Sequence record: SRR33789315_141
Direction: 5' to 3' (one strand)
DNA length: 18,787 bases
Position 1 is the first letter of the stretch; each line of letters opens with the position of its first letter. The position numbers and the translations under genes are program-made. Below the pieces are notes generated by a model that ran no database searches, was not told where the DNA came from, and saw only the letters and a program-made list of their open reading frames with translations. Positions 8,190-16,507 of this stretch are shown piece after piece.

Positions 8190-8756
8190 ATGCGAGAATT
8201 TAAAACAGATCTAATTCCTAAACCCAGAAGCACTATCATAGCGCCACTGGGGAAGTTTGATCTAGAAATTGGATGTGGTGCAGGGCTCCATCCTATTCAG
8301 TATGCTCTGGCTAATTCAGATCGACATCTCATCGCCATTGAGAGAACTCTAGAAAAATTCTTGAAATTTGAAAAACGATGGAAGTCCCACGATTGTCCAA
8401 AAAATCTTGTGCCAATTCATGATGATGCAATTTCTTGGATTTCTCATAATGTAGGCAAGGGACAGCTGGAGAAAGTTTTTATTCTCTATCCTAATCCAGA
8501 GCCCAAAAATAAAAACCAACGTTGGGCCTATATGCCTTTTCTATCACATTTAATTGAGAAGCTTGATGATGAGGGAGAAATTATCCTAGCGTCTAATATA
8601 AAATCCTATGTAGACGAGTGTATTGAATTTTTTCCTGATTATGGGTTAAAGCTATCTTCACTCTCAACACTAGTGTTACATGGACGAACTCATTTTGAAC
8701 GAAAGTATTTAAAAGACGGACAAGATTGTTATAATTTGGTTTTTATTAAAGCTTGA
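8190..8756 (+). CDS. trmB: TrmB-like class I SAM-dependent methyltransferase (tRNA m7G46 family, variant active site)
   Basis: DLEIGCGAG, IAIE, DA, LYPNPEPK (cf. FPDPWxK), RTHFERKY (cf. TxFExK); ATG 8190 preferred over TTG 8184. Confidence 0.7.
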   Translation: MREFKTDLIPKPRSTIIAPLGKFDLEIGCGAGLHPIQYALANSDRHLIAIERTLEKFLKFEKRWKSHDCPKNLVPIHDDAISWISHNVGKGQLEKVFILYPNPEPKNKNQRWAYMPFLSHLIEKLDDEGEIILASNIKSYVDECIEFFPDYGLKLSSLSTLVLHGRTHFERKYLKDGQDCYNLVFIKA

Positions 8757-9352
8757 AATTGTAAAATAAGCTTCTCAACTGTGTGGTTCCAATCGAGTTT
8801 AACTTCTAAATCTTCAAGCGATGTATAAGTGTTGGCACTTAATCCACAAGGGTTAAGCTCACCTAACAAATTTTGATCTATTGGAATCTTATTCAAGTTA
8901 AAGGCAATTCCGTGCCTAGTGACAAATCTTTTTAGTTCGATTCCAATTGAGGCAAGTTTTTGATTTTGGTACCAAAGACCAAGAGGGTTGCGTTTATATT
9001 CAAGTGACAAATCTGATTGGAGAGTATTTTGAAAAGTTTTGGCCAATAGGCACAGGTGTTCATTTAATCCATAAGTTGATGTGAGTTTCATTACTGGGTA
9101 AAAAATGATTTGATTAGGGGCATGAAAAGTTAATCCGCCGCCGCGATTAATGGGAACAACTTGGACTTTTTCAAAGTTGGATTCAAGTTCTAAACTTGTA
9201 TTTTGGCGATCACCTCTGCCCATAGTAAAGACAAGAGGGTGAGAGCACACCATTAATCTCGTCTTTCCATCAATTCTTGTCTTGTCGCTTGCTTCATCTA
9301 GCCACTCTAGATAGTCAGCATAAGGCAATTCTTTGATGACATTAATTTCCAC
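8729..9352 (-). CDS. lipB: Lipoyl(octanoyl) transferase LipB
   Basis: HPLVFTMGR, NRGGGLTFHAPNQIIFYP, KLASIG...VTRHGIAFN, NPCGL; GTG start overlaps the lipA stop. Confidence 0.92.
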   Translation of the reverse strand: MEINVIKELPYADYLEWLDEASDKTRIDGKTRLMVCSHPLVFTMGRGDRQNTSLELESNFEKVQVVPINRGGGLTFHAPNQIIFYPVMKLTSTYGLNEHLCLLAKTFQNTLQSDLSLEYKRNPLGLWYQNQKLASIGIELKRFVTRHGIAFNLNKIPIDQNLLGELNPCGLSANTYTSLEDLEVKLDWNHTVEKLILQFQALIKTKL

Positions 9353-10256
9353 GTGATTCTAACCAGTCAAAATAATCGGCGGCTTTATAGCTTGAGCGAA
9401 CCATTGGCCCTGAAGCGACAAAATCAAAACCTAATTCATAGGCCATATTTTTTAAATCATCAAATTCGACTGGCTTATAATATCTGTCGACTTTTAAGTG
9501 GCGAAGACTTGGTTGTAGATACTGACCAAAGGTTACAATATTAACCCCAACATTTCTTAAATCAATACACGTTTGTTTAATTTCTTCGATCGATTCGCCT
9601 AATCCAACCATGATGGAACTTTTGGTTGCGATATGTGCAAAATGTTCTTTGTAATATTTTAATGCATTCAATGTTTGGTCGTAGCCAGCTCTTCGGTCTC
9701 GTACTGGATGAGTAAGTCTTTTTACGGTTTCGATGTTTTGAGCTATGACAAAGGGATTTGCCTCTCCGATTTTATTCATAGAGGTTGGTTTGCCGTCAAA
9801 ATCAGGAATAAGAACTTCCACTTTAGTCGTTGGATGATTTTCATGAACGGCTTTTATAATATTAGCAAAATGTTCGGCTCCGCCATCTTCAAGATCATCA
9901 CGATCAACACTAGTAATGACGATATATCGAAGGGCCATCATGGCAACCATCTCAACTGTATGCTTGATTTCATTTTGATCAATGAAGCCAGCTGGGTTTC
10001 CTGTCTTAACGTGACAAAATTTACATGCCCTGGTGCAGGTGTCGCCTAAGATCATTACTGTTGCAGTTTGAGCGCTCCAGCACTCGCCAATATTTGGACA
10101 TTTCGCCTCTTGGCAGACAGTGGCCAGTCCTCTGGATTTGAGCTCAGTTTGAAGCTTCGTATAGTTACCACCCTTTGGCAGTGGTACTTTGAGCCATCTA
10201 GGTTTGTTTATAATGTCTTTTTTATCGCTGATTGGCATGAGGCTAGATTGACACAT
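9342..10256 (-). CDS. lipA: Lipoyl synthase LipA (radical SAM); start may be ATG 10238
   Basis: KPRWLK, CQEAKCPNIGEC (CX4CX5C), CTRACKFC (CX3CX2C), ITSVDRDDL, KSSIMVGLGE, GQYLQP, GPMVRSSY. Confidence 0.97.
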   Translation of the reverse strand: MCQSSLMPISDKKDIINKPRWLKVPLPKGGNYTKLQTELKSRGLATVCQEAKCPNIGECWSAQTATVMILGDTCTRACKFCHVKTGNPAGFIDQNEIKHTVEMVAMMALRYIVITSVDRDDLEDGGAEHFANIIKAVHENHPTTKVEVLIPDFDGKPTSMNKIGEANPFVIAQNIETVKRLTHPVRDRRAGYDQTLNALKYYKEHFAHIATKSSIMVGLGESIEEIKQTCIDLRNVGVNIVTFGQYLQPSLRHLKVDRYYKPVEFDDLKNMAYELGFDFVASGPMVRSSYKAADYFDWLESRGN

Positions 10257-10333
10257 CTAATTAAGATTGTCTTGATAAAGTATGTAAGACAAAAGGTGTT
10301 TCTTGAGTCAAACTAGCTGCAAAAGGAGTTATT

Positions 10334-10855
10334 ATGCGTTTAGCCTTAGCTATTTTAGTCTCTTTATTTTTATCAGTTGTTCAAGCCCAAGAGCCTGTTT
10401 TGACTTTAACTCAGCAGCGTTCACAAAAAATTCGTGAAGTTTTTAATAATCTTAGAGCCACTAATACTGAGATTCTTGATAATTTCTATACTCAAGACAT
10501 TGTTTTCGAAGATCCACTAGGTCAAATCAACGGCCTTAATGCCATGAAAGAATACTACAAGGCGATGTATAAAAAAGTTATAGATATTCGCTTTGAATTT
10601 AAAGAGGATGCCATCAATGTTGATCGCCATCTGTGTACATGGATTATGTACATGCGTGTGGAAGGTTTAAATGGTGGCGACGAGGTCGTTGTTCACGGTG
10701 TAAGTGAAATCGAATTTAATAGTGAAGGCGTTCTTGCTATTTATCATCGTGATTATTTTGATATGGGAGAGTTTATTTATCAGCATATCCCAGTCCTAGG
10801 TTCGATTATTAAAATGGTAAGAAAACAGCTCGAACATAAGCCATCAGGGAATTAA
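10334..10855 (+). CDS. NTF2/SnoaL-like domain protein with N-terminal signal peptide
   Basis: SD AAGGAG; signal MRLALAILVSLFLSVVQA; FYTQDIVFEDP...GL...YY, HRDYFDMGEFIYQHIPVLG. Confidence 0.85.
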   Translation: MRLALAILVSLFLSVVQAQEPVLTLTQQRSQKIREVFNNLRATNTEILDNFYTQDIVFEDPLGQINGLNAMKEYYKAMYKKVIDIRFEFKEDAINVDRHLCTWIMYMRVEGLNGGDEVVVHGVSEIEFNSEGVLAIYHRDYFDMGEFIYQHIPVLGSIIKMVRKQLEHKPSGN

Positions 10856-12016
10856 ACCAAGCTTTTGATATTCACTTGCTATAAGAGATTTAGTTTTTTC
10901 ATGGCGAGTGATTTCTCCGTGAGCATCACTGCCAAGATCCTTAGAGATAAATTGATTAATATCAGCGTTATGAATGGGACTGCCATGGATTCCAAACTTC
11001 ACTGGTCCTTTTAGTCCATCGGTATCAACATTTTGATAGACGTTAACACTTCTTGAAACATTGTCTGGTTTGTACAATGTATTTGGCTGACGTCTGGTCC
11101 AAACATTAGGAGGTTTAATTTCAACATCATCAACGAATGGAATAGCGTTATAGATCTCTCGATTAGTATTGCCTGCTATTTGCGAAAGAACTTCTCCAAC
11201 CGCCAAGTGAGCTTCTTTAACTGGATCAATGGTGAGCATTAGGTCAACTTTATCTTCAGGAAATAGCGATTTCATATTTTCTAAAAATTTTACGCTTGAA
11301 CGAGCGCCGCTACTATGACCTTGAATAACAATCTTTGGTGTTATTCCTAATTCTTTGGCACTTTGTCTATAATCTCTATAACAAAGCAATGCTCTATAAA
11401 CTCCACGTGGGAAGATTTGTGAGCTAACAGAGCTATAGCTACTTAGTTCTTTAGGATTGCCTAAAACTTCTGACTCTTCTGAAGCAAATGTAGTCCACCC
11501 AATATTGCTAGAGTCAGCACTCATTGCTAATTGATTTAATGGCCCTGCGGAAAGCGCTGACCAGTTTTCGCTTTGATTATAGGTTTCTTTAACAGCTTGT
11601 ATGGCATGGTAATGAAGGTTTTTACCTAAATCACCATCTCCAACACAGCCCATGAATGTTTTCATTAAGTCTGTTGTCTTTGGCGAGAAAGACCCAGTTC
11701 CTTCAAAATTAATAACAAATGCTTTTTGATTAGCTTTAGCTTTGCAGTTGTTGAGCTTGTCACCAATTTGATGCCTGTTAAGTTGCGAAGTATCGCCTAA
11801 ATTTAGCTTTTGTTGGACTGCCAATGTCTTTAGCATTTCTTTCGCTGACTGCTTTGAAATTGGTCTTGAAATGTTGGCGCAATCTATAAGTGGAGTTGTT
11901 GCAATAATATTTTGGAGGTTATTGATAGAAACATTGCTAACAACCTGTTGTTCACAAAGCTCAGAAGTGTAGCCTGAGTAGTTGATAAATATAGTTAAGA
12001 AAAAAATTTTTTTCAC
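10844..12016 (-). CDS. Secreted alpha/beta-hydrolase-fold protein (putative lipase/esterase)
   Basis: GTG start with signal-like N-terminus; FVINFEGTG, nucleophile elbow IVIQGHSSGA, LMLTIDPV, VNVYQ, C-terminal DAHGEI. Confidence 0.65.
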   Translation of the reverse strand: MKKIFFLTIFINYSGYTSELCEQQVVSNVSINNLQNIIATTPLIDCANISRPISKQSAKEMLKTLAVQQKLNLGDTSQLNRHQIGDKLNNCKAKANQKAFVINFEGTGSFSPKTTDLMKTFMGCVGDGDLGKNLHYHAIQAVKETYNQSENWSALSAGPLNQLAMSADSSNIGWTTFASEESEVLGNPKELSSYSSVSSQIFPRGVYRALLCYRDYRQSAKELGITPKIVIQGHSSGARSSVKFLENMKSLFPEDKVDLMLTIDPVKEAHLAVGEVLSQIAGNTNREIYNAIPFVDDVEIKPPNVWTRRQPNTLYKPDNVSRSVNVYQNVDTDGLKGPVKFGIHGSPIHNADINQFISKDLGSDAHGEITRHEKTKSLIASEYQKLGLIP

Positions 12017-12020
12017 ATGT

Positions 12021-12049
12021 TTTTATCGGAATAGCCGATAAAACCCTGA
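12021..12049. promoter_or_regulatory. Overlapping divergent sigma-28 (FliA)-type promoters
   Basis: Plus strand GCCGATAA (12034-12041); minus strand TCAG(12049-12046)-N15-TCCGATAA(12030-12023). The two -10 boxes form the inverted repeat TTTTATCGG-N5-CCGATAAAA. Confidence 0.65.
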
Positions 12050-12055
12050 GGTAAG

Positions 12056-13882
12056 ATGAAATTTTTATATCTTTTATTATCATTTTTTAGTGTCTCACTA
12101 TTTGCTCAGGATCCTTATCAGGATTTTAATGAAGGATTTAGGCAAATTGGCGAAGTTTTTTTAATTGCTTCTGGAGACGTTGATGCTCTAACTTTAGCCC
12201 GTTCACCTATCGTAGAGCCTTGTAGAGAGAACTCATTTGAACGAGATGAGCCTCAAGCCGTAGACCTAGGAATTACTCCTGAGGATAGCGAGGAGAGTCT
12301 TTGGCGTTTTTCAGTCATGATGACGATGGGTGGACCAAGAGATGGTTTGGCAAAAAATTATGCTCAAAAAGATGAGCGCTACCGCGAAATGGGCGGTGTT
12401 GTTGATGAGCTTATTCTAAGCAATTATAACTCCCATGAAGCGCGCATGAATGCAGTCACAGCAGCTTGTGCAGGTAAAAGTGAACACGATAAAATCGCAA
12501 TGGCGTCGAATCTTGGTGGAAGATTGTCATCCATCTATGACTATGACCGAATCGATAGTGGGCCAAATGTTGATATGGTCGTGAGTTCTCAAAACCAATG
12601 GGATGCTTTAAGAGACAGGGCCAATGGAAATATGCAGGCAACTTCTGGTGTTTGTCGGGATGCCTCTTTAACGGTATCCCAGTTTTTGATAGCCTGTGGT
12701 TTTAAAAATAACCAAGTCTCTATTGAAGGTTATAGAACCGTCGGTGGCGGCCATCAGGTGACTTCTGTTCGAACGAGTGATGGGGAAGTCTATACCATTA
12801 ACTGGAGTGAACTTTACTCCTCAGATGAAAGCGCAAACGCCAATCCTGCGCCAAATCCAAATCTAATCAATTCAGGATTATATTATACAGTGTACGATCC
12901 AGAAACTGGTGAGGTTCGTGAAAGTCGCCGTACTGAACTTGGTGAGGTTTTAAAAAGTGTAACTGGTGGCACTCCAGATGATCCCAATTATTTACCTGGT
13001 TTAATCAAGCTTGAAGCAGGTTATGGAGTCATTAGCGCCAATCTTTTTACAACGGAAACGGCACGTGGAGATATTGCTCAAGGTATTGCGACATATATTC
13101 AGCAGGACAATATTTTTGGTATTTTAGATATTAGTGCTGGAGTTGCTTTTGCTCATAATGAAAGAACTGTAGCAACCTCGCCAACAAGAGAGGCTGAACT
13201 TTCGCAAAATATTGTTTACGCTCAAATTGAGGGCAGATTTAATATTCCAGATCTGATGCTTGTAAATAGAGAAAACCAAAGCCTAGCCTTAAGACCAAGT
13301 GCGATGGTTTCAACTGAAGGATATTACTCCAGTTCAAGAGTAGGAAATACAACACCTGAGGCTAACGGGGATATGTTTACCCAAGCAACAGTAGGTCTTG
13401 ATGCACTTTATAATAATGGCAGAGTAGGTGCTTTTGTTGGTGGAGAAGTTGAATATAATCTTCAGCAAGGTCGATATAATAATGAACGAGGCACACCTGG
13501 ACAAGATGGTTCATCTGGTGGAATTCATGCCTTTGCCAATAGTTATAATGTACATGGTGGCCTGTCTTACGATGGTGAGCGCTTTACGACAGCTCTAACC
13601 GGTGAGTATACAATAGCCCGATCTGGTTCTGTTAGCTCTATTGGAGCGAGCGTCATGGACCATCAAAGCAACGCAAGTGGTTCTGCAGTTTACAGTGTCT
13701 ATAATAGAAATTATGGTACTAGAGAAGATTTTATTATTTTAAGAGCAGAGCGAGATTTTGAGATTCAACGAATGGGTACAGTTAATATTGGCTTAGAATC
13801 TAGATTGCCAGTTGCTAACGACTTTAATCAAGCCACCGTCGGTCTTTCGCTTCGTTTTGTTCCATCGCGCCCTCGTCGCTAA
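12056..13882 (+). CDS. Secreted protein with an N-terminal transglutaminase-like (papain-fold) domain and a C-terminal putative outer-membrane beta-barrel
   Basis: SD GAGGT; signal MKFLYLLLSFFSVSLFA; GVCRDASLTVSQFLIACG (C200), GGGHQVTSV (H233), YTINW (N249); C-terminal ~290 aa of alternating amphipathic strands ending ATVGLSLRF. Confidence 0.6.
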   Translation: MKFLYLLLSFFSVSLFAQDPYQDFNEGFRQIGEVFLIASGDVDALTLARSPIVEPCRENSFERDEPQAVDLGITPEDSEESLWRFSVMMTMGGPRDGLAKNYAQKDERYREMGGVVDELILSNYNSHEARMNAVTAACAGKSEHDKIAMASNLGGRLSSIYDYDRIDSGPNVDMVVSSQNQWDALRDRANGNMQATSGVCRDASLTVSQFLIACGFKNNQVSIEGYRTVGGGHQVTSVRTSDGEVYTINWSELYSSDESANANPAPNPNLINSGLYYTVYDPETGEVRESRRTELGEVLKSVTGGTPDDPNYLPGLIKLEAGYGVISANLFTTETARGDIAQGIATYIQQDNIFGILDISAGVAFAHNERTVATSPTREAELSQNIVYAQIEGRFNIPDLMLVNRENQSLALRPSAMVSTEGYYSSSRVGNTTPEANGDMFTQATVGLDALYNNGRVGAFVGGEVEYNLQQGRYNNERGTPGQDGSSGGIHAFANSYNVHGGLSYDGERFTTALTGEYTIARSGSVSSIGASVMDHQSNASGSAVYSVYNRNYGTREDFIILRAERDFEIQRMGTVNIGLESRLPVANDFNQATVGLSLRFVPSRPRR

Positions 13883-13891
13883 AGGTTTAAT

Positions 13892-14500
13892 ATGAAATTA
13901 TCTCTATTGGTTCTTGCCCTGTTTTTGGTCAGTTCTTGTGCGAGTAAAAATCTAAATCTGGTCGATGAAAACCTTTCACCGCTTGAAGAGTTTTCAAAAG
14001 TTACGATGGTAGAGTCTAGTCCACTTTCTTTTAAGATTAATAATGTAACAGATAAACGTGCCGTTAAAGATCGTGTCGGAATGGGTCGTACAGGCTTGTC
14101 CAACAGAGTGACTCCAATCATTGTTTCCACTGGAGTTGAGTTCTACGTTAAAACAAGTCTTGAACAAGGCTTAAGTGCGCGTGAAGTCCAGGTTGACGAA
14201 AATTCTTTGAATAACTTAAACGTAGATATTCTTGAGCTGTGGGTAGAAGAAAAGAAAGATGGAAATATCGGTGAAGTTTCTGAATGTAAGTTGAAATTTG
14301 CTTTTGATTTACAACTTGCAGATAACCTTAAAGCTAAATGGAATGGTATTGTTGCCGTAAGTGCTGCTTCTAATGGTTCAATTTTAGATGCAACAGCACT
14401 TAATCCTCGGATGATTTCTTCATGCATGAATGAGGCTTTGGAAAAATTTGTCCAGGATAAAGATTTTCAACGAATGTTTAGATTAAAAATTAGAAAATAA
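13892..14500 (+). CDS. Lipoprotein, YajG-like
   Basis: Lipobox LVSS-C16; VTDKR...VG motif and alpha/beta pattern resembling YajG-family lipoproteins; 9 nt after the upstream stop, so probably co-transcribed. Confidence 0.65.
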   Translation: MKLSLLVLALFLVSSCASKNLNLVDENLSPLEEFSKVTMVESSPLSFKINNVTDKRAVKDRVGMGRTGLSNRVTPIIVSTGVEFYVKTSLEQGLSAREVQVDENSLNNLNVDILELWVEEKKDGNIGEVSECKLKFAFDLQLADNLKAKWNGIVAVSAASNGSILDATALNPRMISSCMNEALEKFVQDKDFQRMFRLKIRK

Positions 14501-16397
14501 TATCTAGGAAATTATAGATATTCATGATGAAGGGGTTGTAGCGATTCTTCTTCACCATTTTTTCTTCACGTTCCCAGTAATTTAAGCTTACAGAATTGTA
14601 GACATATCCAAAGCTATAGCTCGTTGGGTTAGGACTTTTGCGATCAAAAAGATTGGCCTCAGGGTAACGCTCAAATTGATTTTTAAAATCTAACATATAA
14701 AGCTTAGCCGATTCTCTTATACTCGCTGCCTGCATGATAAATTGTTCACGAAGGTGAGATTTCTTCTTATGCCTAAGGGCCAGTCTTGTAAGCCAAGCAT
14801 GCTTTATGCGATCATGTGTAATTGAAATCATGGTTTTAAGTTCTTCAGTCTTAATACAGCTAGGGTCTGGTAGTTCAGATAATGCAAATTTAAGTTTTGC
14901 TAATTCTTCACGAAGAAGTTCAGGGTTTTTCGATAATTCTTTAACAGTATTTCTTTCATGTATTCTATGAGTGCTACTAAATTCGTCTTGAAGATTTGGA
15001 AAAGAGATTACAGAAATGAGCTGGTTCTTTTTAAAATGCTTTGTTTGATAATCAATTATGTTTTTCCAGCAAGCAATGTCTTCACCCAATAGCTTTAAGC
15101 CTGCCATTGGATCAAAATCATGCTTCTTATTTGAAAGTAGAGCAACATTCCAGTCCATCAGCCAGTAACCAACTTCATGTCCTGTAGTGAAATTAAAATG
15201 ACCTTCGACTCCATGTTCGGATAATCTTTTCATATCATCGGCTCGTGCCACCAAATAATCCGTGAGAAATAATGGGACATCCATATCCATAAGAATCCAG
15301 TAACTGGTTTCTGGATAATACCAAGTCGGGCGAATGTTTTTTTGTTCAAGAGTGAATTCTCTCATACTGGAAAAATCTTCGTTACCATACATTGGCACTT
15401 GTTTGTCCCAAAGACCATAGAACATAACAGTGTGGGGAAGGATGCCGACTTCTGGGTGGCTGTATTGAGGTAAGAAGTTAAAGTTTCCATAAAAATCATC
15501 ATTTTGATTTGTGGACACATGTACTTTAATCATTAACTTTTTATTTCGTTGCTCTAATGTTGATCTGGCAGCTTCAATCCAATCGAGCGCAGCTTCATAG
15601 TTCACAGATGTAAATTCACTAGTGCCTGCTTCCATCGTTAAAAAATCAAAATCAACTGCATTCATCAGTTTTTTTAGATTTTTCTTTAATAACTTCTCTG
15701 ACCTTATTCCAGTTACAGCTGAGCTTAAGGGTATGAGTTTGTAGCTATTTTGCTGTTGAAGGGCTGCCCCAATCGAAACTCCAACATTGATACCTAATTC
15801 TTGAGCCAATTTGAATGGCGCTTTTAATCTTCTAGAAATATCCGAAAGCTCATCTCTTAATAGGTTGAGATCCATTACATTTTGACCATTTCGCGCTAAC
15901 CAGCGAACGAGTTCAAAAGCAATCTTTGGCTTCTCCATTAAAAAACCATGAACCCATTCATTAGAGTGCAATGTATGCAAATGGAAGCCACGATGAATAA
16001 ATGAAGGATTCCATTCGAATTGAGAATTACATAAATTTAATACATCAACTTTTTTCGGCGAGATCTGAATTCTTGGGTGTGGAAAAAGAAAGCCCAATTC
16101 TTGCAGGCCTTGATAAAAAGTTGATGCCCACTCACTAGGCTTGGCATAGATTTCAATATTGATTGAATCTTTACTGCAAACAAATTTTCCAAAATTTTGA
16201 GTATTAGATTCTGTGAAAGAGAAATTGATAAAATCCTTTTTTAAATTTGCCTTTGTTAGGATTTCATTAAGATCATTTTTTATTGCAGCTTTATGGGCCA
16301 CACGAGGAGTTACACCTAGGGGAACTTTTGAAAAAACTGCATGCATTTGAAGTGAAAGAAATAAGAATAATAAAATTTTAATTGAAAAGAATTTCAA
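14490..16397 (-). CDS. Large secreted uncharacterised protein; GH20-domain-2-like N-terminus plus putative TIM-barrel hydrolase domain
   Basis: TTG start with SD AGGTG; signal peptide; FYQGLQELGFLFPHP then W-x-P-S-F-x-x-R-G-F-H-L-H, the junction typical of GH20/GH67/GH84-like two-domain enzymes; WLARNGQN; WYYPETSYW. Confidence 0.6.
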   Translation of the reverse strand: MKFFSIKILLFLFLSLQMHAVFSKVPLGVTPRVAHKAAIKNDLNEILTKANLKKDFINFSFTESNTQNFGKFVCSKDSINIEIYAKPSEWASTFYQGLQELGFLFPHPRIQISPKKVDVLNLCNSQFEWNPSFIHRGFHLHTLHSNEWVHGFLMEKPKIAFELVRWLARNGQNVMDLNLLRDELSDISRRLKAPFKLAQELGINVGVSIGAALQQQNSYKLIPLSSAVTGIRSEKLLKKNLKKLMNAVDFDFLTMEAGTSEFTSVNYEAALDWIEAARSTLEQRNKKLMIKVHVSTNQNDDFYGNFNFLPQYSHPEVGILPHTVMFYGLWDKQVPMYGNEDFSSMREFTLEQKNIRPTWYYPETSYWILMDMDVPLFLTDYLVARADDMKRLSEHGVEGHFNFTTGHEVGYWLMDWNVALLSNKKHDFDPMAGLKLLGEDIACWKNIIDYQTKHFKKNQLISVISFPNLQDEFSSTHRIHERNTVKELSKNPELLREELAKLKFALSELPDPSCIKTEELKTMISITHDRIKHAWLTRLALRHKKKSHLREQFIMQAASIRESAKLYMLDFKNQFERYPEANLFDRKSPNPTSYSFGYVYNSVSLNYWEREEKMVKKNRYNPFIMNIYNFLDIIF

Positions 16398-16451
16398 GCT
16401 TTCACCTACTTCCGTGTGGTTAGAAGGAAAATAGTATCGAAACTCACTCGT

Positions 16452-16483
16452 AAAAACAACAACGCCTCACTTAAAGTGAGGCG
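16452..16483 (-). terminator. Intrinsic terminator downstream of the 72-aa gene
   Basis: CGCCTCACT-taa-AGTGAGGCG hairpin (16463-16483) followed on the minus strand by TTGTTGTTTTT. Confidence 0.75.
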
Positions 16484-16507
16484 AAGCGTTAAACTGTTAA
16501 TTATAGA

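Noticed and set aside
7316-8239. Longer N-termini given by the track for the OMP (7378) and trmH (8239)
   Set aside because: Downstream ATGs at 7315 and 8137 have strong SDs; the first restores an N-terminal signal peptide and the second removes a head-to-head overlap with the trmB-like gene.
8729-10256. lipA-lipB order with overlapping stop and start
   Set aside because: Ordinary housekeeping operon with translational coupling; both proteins keep their canonical catalytic motifs.
12021-12043. Inverted repeat TTTTATCGG-N5-CCGATAAAA read as a bidirectional terminator or transposon end
   Set aside because: It lies between divergent starts where nothing needs terminating, no transposase is nearby, and two opposed sigma-28 -10 boxes explain it.
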